A stretch of DNA of 62,992 nucleotides, the filler included, from Folioceros fuciformis (lineage: Eukaryota): the NCBI GenBank assembly GCA_049999805.1. It is 5 parts of 5 records of this genome, joined end to end, with 100 filler letters (N's around TTAATTAATTAA, not from the genome) between each part and the next. Parts side by side here need not be neighbours in the genome. Positions count along the whole stretch, not along the records: positions 54,299 to 59,493 come from JBNGIO010006419.1; positions 59,594 to 62,992 come from JBNGIO010006429.1; 3 more parts are not named here. The stretch is one strand, 5' to 3'. The notes below the pieces were generated by a model. It was not told the origin of the DNA and ran no database searches. It was given only the letters and a program-made list of their open reading frames with translations. This document shows positions 57,000 to 62,992 of this stretch, in pieces. The first letter of the stretch is position 1. Every line of letters starts with the position of its first letter. Position numbers and translations under genes: made by a program.

Positions 57000-58510
57000 T
57001 GTAGCAGAGTTTGATACGGCCAACACACAGCAGGCGTTCGTCTGCGAGCCGTGGCCCAGGCTACGTCACACAATGTCCAGAACGCCATACCTGAGGTTGC
57101 CGGTCACCGCAGTGTTTCCAACCATGTACACAACCTTCACAGCCATGAATGAGCACGGCAGTATTGCTTGTCCAGGAGAACTCCGTAAACAGGAATACAA
57201 TCCTGCATCTGTGTGCGCGTAAGCTTCCCGAAATTAACGTCATTGAACATTAACGGATTGCACTAGGGATCTTCCAGCGGGCAGAAAAATAGAAAAGACC
57301 AGTATTTGTGACCCACGAGGGAACAGATTCTGCACGAGAGTCTATGTGCTTGGCAACATGATTTAAGAGCAGTGTACACACTTGGTGACCTTCGAGAACA
57401 CTGGATTCTGCACATGTTTGGTACCAGAGTCTATGAACTTGGCCAGATAACTTATCTTCCTCTGCAACGCCAACGGGACAAGGAGGACAAGGAAAGCGCA
57501 AGTCCTCTGCACAAGCAAAATCGAAGGAAAGGGGTGATCACAGCACAACTGTTGTGCTGCTCATGTTGCCAACCAGGTCTACTTCAAACCTTTTGCTGGG
57601 ACACCATCGGCAGCCTCTGGAGATCCTCGGCTACTTCTTTCGGGCTCTGAGGCTTTCCTACCCATGCAACTCGTTAGACTGTACTCGAACTTGGCAGACC
57701 ACCAGGCACCTAACCCCATTTTTGGTTGGGAATGTTCTATCCCACCAACATGGCCTGATCACGGTAGCAGACAATGTCAGTAGGGTTTATGAAGAACAAG
57801 GGATCACACAACAAGGTTGCTCCATCGCAGATCAGGCTAGTAGCAACAGTGGGGAACACGGTAACACGCAACGAGGTTGCTCCATACAAGGTGCTCCTCC
57901 AACCCGTCGACCGTCGAACGTAGCTGCCTGGTCCCAGAGCCTGAAATCTCTGTTGCAAACAGGCCCTGCCATTCCTCTATCCTGTTTTACACTGTGCTCA
58001 TCTAAGGGTTTGGTACGAGTCGAGTGCATACTTTGGGAACCGTATCTTGCGCCATGTATGCACGTGGAGGTAGGATGCAGCAGAGCATGAACGTGTCCAC
58101 CAGCCTGGGCAGACCAAATGTCCTGATGTGCTTTTCCATGATCTCTGCACATGCTAACCACAGGAAACCTAATGAGGCCATACAACTGTCCCATGAGATG
58201 CGAAGGGCAGGGAGCTGGTAAGGAGCCCATGTATGTAACGGAAGGCATCGTTTCTGACTGAACATTTCCAGGAAAAGCTCTTGGGACCCCGGAGGCAACG
58301 GCCAAGGTGGAAGCTGAGGATCACCTCGGACGAAATAACCTTGTTAGCTGACACATTGTACCGCACCATGCCTGCCTCCCTCTCAAAAGCTGCAAGCTTG
58401 TACGAGCTGTTCTTCTCCACGTGTGCATTCGAATCAAGCATCTTGGCAGAACCTTCGCCGTGCTGTGCATCAGGGCATTGCATGCATGTCCCCACTCCTT
58501 CTGAGTTCAA
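57000..58510 (-). pseudogene. Fragmented gene, possibly nucleotide-diphospho-sugar transferase (GT77-like)
   Basis: Pieces in shifting frames (ANKVISSEVILS, ELFLEMF, LICDGATLLCDPLFFI, NTGLFYF) resemble GT77 motifs. Recognition is by eye only. Confidence 0.3.
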
Positions 58511-59593
58511 ACCGCGAATGACCTAGCCTGCATCTTACTGTTCGCTAAGTTTGGCACGGATGCCAGCCACGCAGCTGCCCCCCATTGCTGCCCATGGCTT
58601 TGGAAAGGTAAGCAAAAGTAGCCTCGTTAGCCAACTCCAGGCGCTCCTACTCCATTTTCGGACACAGATGAAGAGCCTCTTCACAGAGCCCTTCCTCTGC
58701 GCACCCGGCGGTCAGGCACGTTGATGTCACCACATCCTCGTTTAGGACACACTGTCAAAAACCCGGCGGGCATCTTGCAGTTCGCCACGTTTTGGACATG
58801 GAAGTTTGGAATGGAAGCTGACTTTCCTGACTACCCAGCATCCTCGAGAGTACAATTTGAGGTGGCAGAAAGCGGGCACTTCACCGTCATGGATTTGTTC
58901 AGGCCGACTGTCAAGATCTACACATCCAAGGATAGCAGCTGGAAAGCCTCGGTCCTCACTCAGCCCCGCTGGTTATCGTTCAGAGGACGTCGCAACCACT
59001 GGCCTCAGTTTCTTTTGTGGAATGGTGAGATGTGCAAAATAAGACAAAGGGGAACAAGTTGATGACCATTCATTGTCTCAAAAGTGGAAGGGTTATTTGG
59101 GATGGTAACACCGGGGTGACATTGGTGGTGACGAAGAAGTAGCAGCCTCTTTTCACTCCAGACTACATCAGCGGATGGCAGGGGGAGTATATCGAAGTAG
59201 CAAGAGGGAAACCCTAGCAACAGTGTATGATGAAAGTAGCTTGCAACGATGGAAATCAAAATGTTGACGAAGACGCAACGGTTTTCAGTTTGTTTTACAC
59301 TGGAAATGGCTTGCAGGGATGGACGCTAAATGTTGCATGTAATCGTAACGCTTTCGAGTTAGTCAGGAGACTGGTAGGCACTGCAATTAGCAAACCTCAA
59401 TAACCTGCTACTATAGGACACATCCTAGTAGGCTCCAGCAGAATGGCCACACAGGCAGACCCGCAAAAGCCGCTTGCAAGCAGTCGTGGGGTGNNNNNNN
59501 NNNNNNNNNNNNNNNNNNNNNNNNNNNNNNNNNNNNNTTAATTAATTAANNNNNNNNNNNNNNNNNNNNNNNNNNNNNNNNNNNNNNNNNNNN

Positions 59594-62500
59594 GCTGTAC
59601 AGTGTCTGGTAGGATCGCAGGCAGCGTGTTGCCGGTTGTATAGTGTCTGGTAGGATCACAAGGTGTAATGACCAGGGTGTAGGGGCTTGCCCCTAGCTCT
59701 TGATTGTAAAGGGTGTGTCTTTCTCTCAACCTGTCCACTCTTGTTCCTTGCTTGGTCAAGTGGTGTAGGCCAGCCATGTCTCATGGTGTCTGGTAAGGTT
59801 GTAGGGGAGGAGATACCCAAGAGGGGAGTGTGTTCCCTTCTTCCTTTTGTTTGGGGTTAGTTTAGTGACTCTTGCCGGGTAGGAGGAGTCAGTAGGGAAG
59901 TGTAGAAGGTAGTGGTGTCGTTGCTGGTTGCTGGTAGTTGTTGGTGTTGGTGCTGGAGTGAGAGAGTGAGTGAGGTGTGTGAGGGAAGACGCAGATCTGA
60001 GAGGTTAGAGTCGTTGTAGTGACTGGAGTGAGTTTGTGGGCACCGAGAGAGGTGCAGCTGACCGCCGGACAGCGAGGCCTGTCCTACGCCTGATCGGAGC
60101 TGGAGGGGAGCCCTCGAATCCGTCATCGAGTCGATCAAGTCCGACCCTCCATCCACAGCAGCAAGGAACCCCATCGCTCCTTCGTGGGAACGAAACCCAA
60201 TGTCTCAACGACAGTGGGATAAGTGTGGCCACTAAAGGTGGAACCTGTCGGCAATCAGTGCCCGGGGTTTTGCCTCCACATTTTTGGCGCCGTTGCCGGG
60301 GAGCGGCTTGGGAGTTTCTTTTGCTGACCGGATGGAGAGTCTAAGTTGTCCTGTAGATGTCTGGTGGAAGAGGTGATCGTAGAACTGGTAGAGGACGAGC
60401 AGTTGTAACCCCTTCACCAAGGGATCTGCGTGCAACAAGGAGGAATTTGCTGAGAGGAGAGAGTAGCTTGACCCCTAAGGCTAGCACCCTTGTGCAGGAG
60501 GAGCTACCTTGGTCAAGTGGAGAGCACGAATCTGAAGGGTTGATTGGTGGAGAGCGTGATATCCAGGAGTCGAGTGTTGTGCAGTCAACTCCAGTAGGGG
60601 CTGTACTTCCTACGTCACGTATCAGCCAAGTGGGTGGAGGAGTTGCTGCAAGGATGGCTGCTCCTATTCACAGTCGTCAGCAATACGTGAAGTTTGGAGA
60701 CAAGAGAAGAGGGGAGGATGCTGAATCCTTCCTAAGGACATTCGAGCATGTGTCTCGTGCCAACATGGAGGACACTACAGCTGATCGTTTGAGGATCTTT
60801 CCAGGTTTGCTGAGAGGACAAGCTCAGCAGTGGTACAGCCGGACATATGGAGTGACACCACCAGTGGATTGGGACAGCCTGAAGGACGATTTCTTGACCA
60901 GGTTCCGAGGTCTCAGCCATGGCCATCACACCTACGCGAGGTTGAGGACTTTGAAGCGAGGAAGGAAGGAGGATCTTTATGACTACATTGAGAGGTTCTA
61001 CAGCTATGTGGACAGGATTCCACGTGGTAGGCCAGTTGTTCCGGGAGGTCCGAGTACTCCAGGGTACACGGATGCTCAAGCTTTGGATTGGTTTGCTGGA
61101 GGACTACCCGATAGGATGGCAACCTATTGCACAAGAGGTGTGACCACTTTGCAGGAGGCTTTGAAGGCTGCTGAAGATTTTGAGCTTTCGGAGTTGAGCA
61201 GAGAGAAGAGGAAGCAGAACCGGAAGTATGGGCATCATAGGAGGTCGAGGCACCACAGCCCATCTTCCTCTTCAAGGTCGAGGTCACCGTCTCACTCAGA
61301 TCCAGATTATGACAGCCTTGTGTCGGATCCTTACACCGATGAGGAGTCCGATAAGGCTTATGAGAAGAGGATGAGGAAGGACCTGGAGAAAGCACGCAAG
61401 AGGCGCGAGGAGGATGAGGATCGTCGAGCTGAGAAGGACAAGAGAGGCAAAGGATCCTATAGGATGGAGAGAGGCGAACCGTCCTCAAGTGGTGGAGGAC
61501 TGACCAGTCAGGTTGAGGCATTGACGAGGAGGCTGGCCGAGTTGGAGGTGAAGGCTGTACGCAACCAAGCACCAAGGAGGTCACCTTCACCAGGTCGGCA
61601 GCTGGTGTACTGTTCTATTTGTCATCAATCAGGACACACCCACCAAGAGTGCACTAGGGCTCCCCGCCACGCCGTCAACCAAGTGGACACCTACCTACCA
61701 GGAGACTATTGGTACGTGGATGACTCCTATCAGGTACAGGCTGTGACTGCTCCTCGACCACCACAGTCCATTCGGCCATCTTTTCAACCACCAGGACCTC
61801 CTGGAATGAGGTATGGTCCTCGTCCAGTATCTCCAGGCCATTGGAGGCCAGATCCGTCCCAGCGTCCACAAGTGGTGGCAGCAGGTTGTTGTTTTAATTG
61901 TGGCTTGCCGGGACACTATGCTAACGAGTGCACAGAGCCACGTAGGCAACTTGGATTTGTGCCGTTTTGTCAGGTGTGTAAGGATCCAGGGCACAGGGCT
62001 GGGGATCCAAGGTGTTCGGGCATCCCTAGGCCTGCGCTGCCTAGATCCGGAGTGAGGATCACGGAGGCACCGCAAGAGGGACTTCCTCCTGGGGTGGAAA
62101 CAACAACTCCGGTGACAAGCGCACCTGTGTTGTCGGTGGAGGCTGAGGAGGAGCCTTTGATTGACTCTCAAGCATTTTCTGGCATTGTGGAGGAGGGATA
62201 TTCAGGCGAAGCTAGCGATGGTGAAGAAGTCATGGTGGCAAGGGTCACCACTCGTTCTGAACGTCGTCATCGGGAGAGGACGAAGAAGGAAGAGAAGAGA
62301 AGGAGGAGAGAACGTGACAACACTCCTAAACCATCGGAGGCAAGGGAGGAACCACTCGTCCAGCAAGGGAAGAATGATGTGTCGACGGGACAAGAGGTTG
62401 ATCCATCTCATCGAGAGGAAGGTGAACTAGATGAAGGAGAGGTTGAAGAATCAGCATTCCCACCCGACATCAGCAAGGAGGTTGCTGCAATGCTGGAGGA

Positions 62501-62992
62501 AGAGCTGACTAGGCTGATGCACCGGTCTAAGAAGGTCACGTTTGTAGACCCTCTTGTGACAGGGGTGGTGGAGAGTGCAAGTCCCTTGGAGAAGGAACAG
62601 GAAGGAGAGAAGGTTGATCGAAGCGAGGAGGATGGAGGGATCAATCCTCCTAAGACAACAACAGCAAGGGAGGCTTTGGCCATGAAGGTTGCTGGATTTG
62701 CTGACGCCTTGCTTGACCAGGAGTTTGTGGTGAGCTTGAGACAGCTCTTGTCTGTTAGTCCCAAGGCCAGGAAGATTGTCAAGGAAGCCATCCGAGGGAT
62801 ACCGGAGCCACTCGAAGGGAAGACAGTCCCGACGTGGATGAGTTCAGTGGAGTTGGCTGATTGTGGAGCTCCTGAAATAGAGGTGGAGATTGCAGGTTGT
62901 CTGGTACCGGATGTACCGTTGGATACGGGGTCTGGTGTCAACCTCATGACGGAGGACACAGCCCATCGTTTGGGGTTCACGGAGTTTGACCC
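59594..62992 (+). mobile_element. Ty3/gypsy (Athila/Tat-like) element: partial 5' LTR, PBS, gag-protease
   Basis: LTR ends CA at 60280; PBS TGGCGCCGTTGCCGGGGA at 60285-60302, complementary to the tRNA-Asp 3' end; gag and protease LDTGSGVNLM follow. Confidence 0.9.
60654..62992 (+). CDS. Gypsy Gag-protease ORF running off the window end (absent from the supplied ORF track)
   Basis: ATG 60654, capsid-like LLRGQAQQWY..WDSLKDDFLTRF, three Zn knuckles at 61611-62020, and the DTG motif at 62922 in the same frame. Confidence 0.88.
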   Translation, partial: MAAPIHSRQQYVKFGDKRRGEDAESFLRTFEHVSRANMEDTTADRLRIFPGLLRGQAQQWYSRTYGVTPPVDWDSLKDDFLTRFRGLSHGHHTYARLRTLKRGRKEDLYDYIERFYSYVDRIPRGRPVVPGGPSTPGYTDAQALDWFAGGLPDRMATYCTRGVTTLQEALKAAEDFELSELSREKRKQNRKYGHHRRSRHHSPSSSSRSRSPSHSDPDYDSLVSDPYTDEESDKAYEKRMRKDLEKARKRREEDEDRRAEKDKRGKGSYRMERGEPSSSGGGLTSQVEALTRRLAELEVKAVRNQAPRRSPSPGRQLVYCSICHQSGHTHQECTRAPRHAVNQVDTYLPGDYWYVDDSYQVQAVTAPRPPQSIRPSFQPPGPPGMRYGPRPVSPGHWRPDPSQRPQVVAAGCCFNCGLPGHYANECTEPRRQLGFVPFCQVCKDPGHRAGDPRCSGIPRPALPRSGVRITEAPQEGLPPGVETTTPVTSAPVLSVEAEEEPLIDSQAFSGIVEEGYSGEASDGEEVMVARVTTRSERRHRERTKKEEKRRRRERDNTPKPSEAREEPLVQQGKNDVSTGQEVDPSHREEGELDEGEVEESAFPPDISKEVAAMLEEELTRLMHRSKKVTFVDPLVTGVVESASPLEKEQEGEKVDRSEEDGGINPPKTTTAREALAMKVAGFADALLDQEFVVSLRQLLSVSPKARKIVKEAIRGIPEPLEGKTVPTWMSSVELADCGAPEIEVEIAGCLVPDVPLDTGSGVNLMTEDTAHRLGFTEFD

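Noticed and set aside
58594-59260. Possible F-box-associated gene remnant (VKIYTSKDSSWK)
   Set aside because: Only one short motif in fragmented frames; insufficient support.

Overview
Nuclear DNA of a land plant. Short (~80-150 bp) GT-AG introns, a KAO-type CYP88, a very long PLS-class PPR and TTTAGGG telomere motifs suggest a compact seed-free plant, possibly a hornwort (inference). A gene-dense core at ~16-41 kb holds PSB33, SECE1, OSB, a pentapeptide-repeat protein, a papain protease, a conserved unknown protein, ALDH10, a DnaJ protein, a 1509-aa PPR, KAO and tRNA-Gly. It is flanked by TE-rich zones with Ty1/copia elements (one with an intact polyprotein and an extra ORF upstream of gag), a LINE endonuclease remnant and an Athila/Tat-like Ty3/gypsy. 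The left flank also has a 5'-interrupted CYP85-clan P450 and LEA genes. The most unusual signal is a decayed prokaryote/phage-type beta-class N6-adenine/N4-cytosine DNA methyltransferase at ~14.9-16.0 kb (minus strand), whose full motif order can be rebuilt across stops and a telomere-repeat frameshift. Also notable: TTTAGGG units at break junctions, two AT-rich islands with intronless host-like genes (papain, CIPK-like kinase), and a 2.3-kb microsatellite-rich element joined to a P450 exon. Several gaps and two exact 47-nt overlaps look like assembly artefacts. All calls were made by eye; no searches were run.
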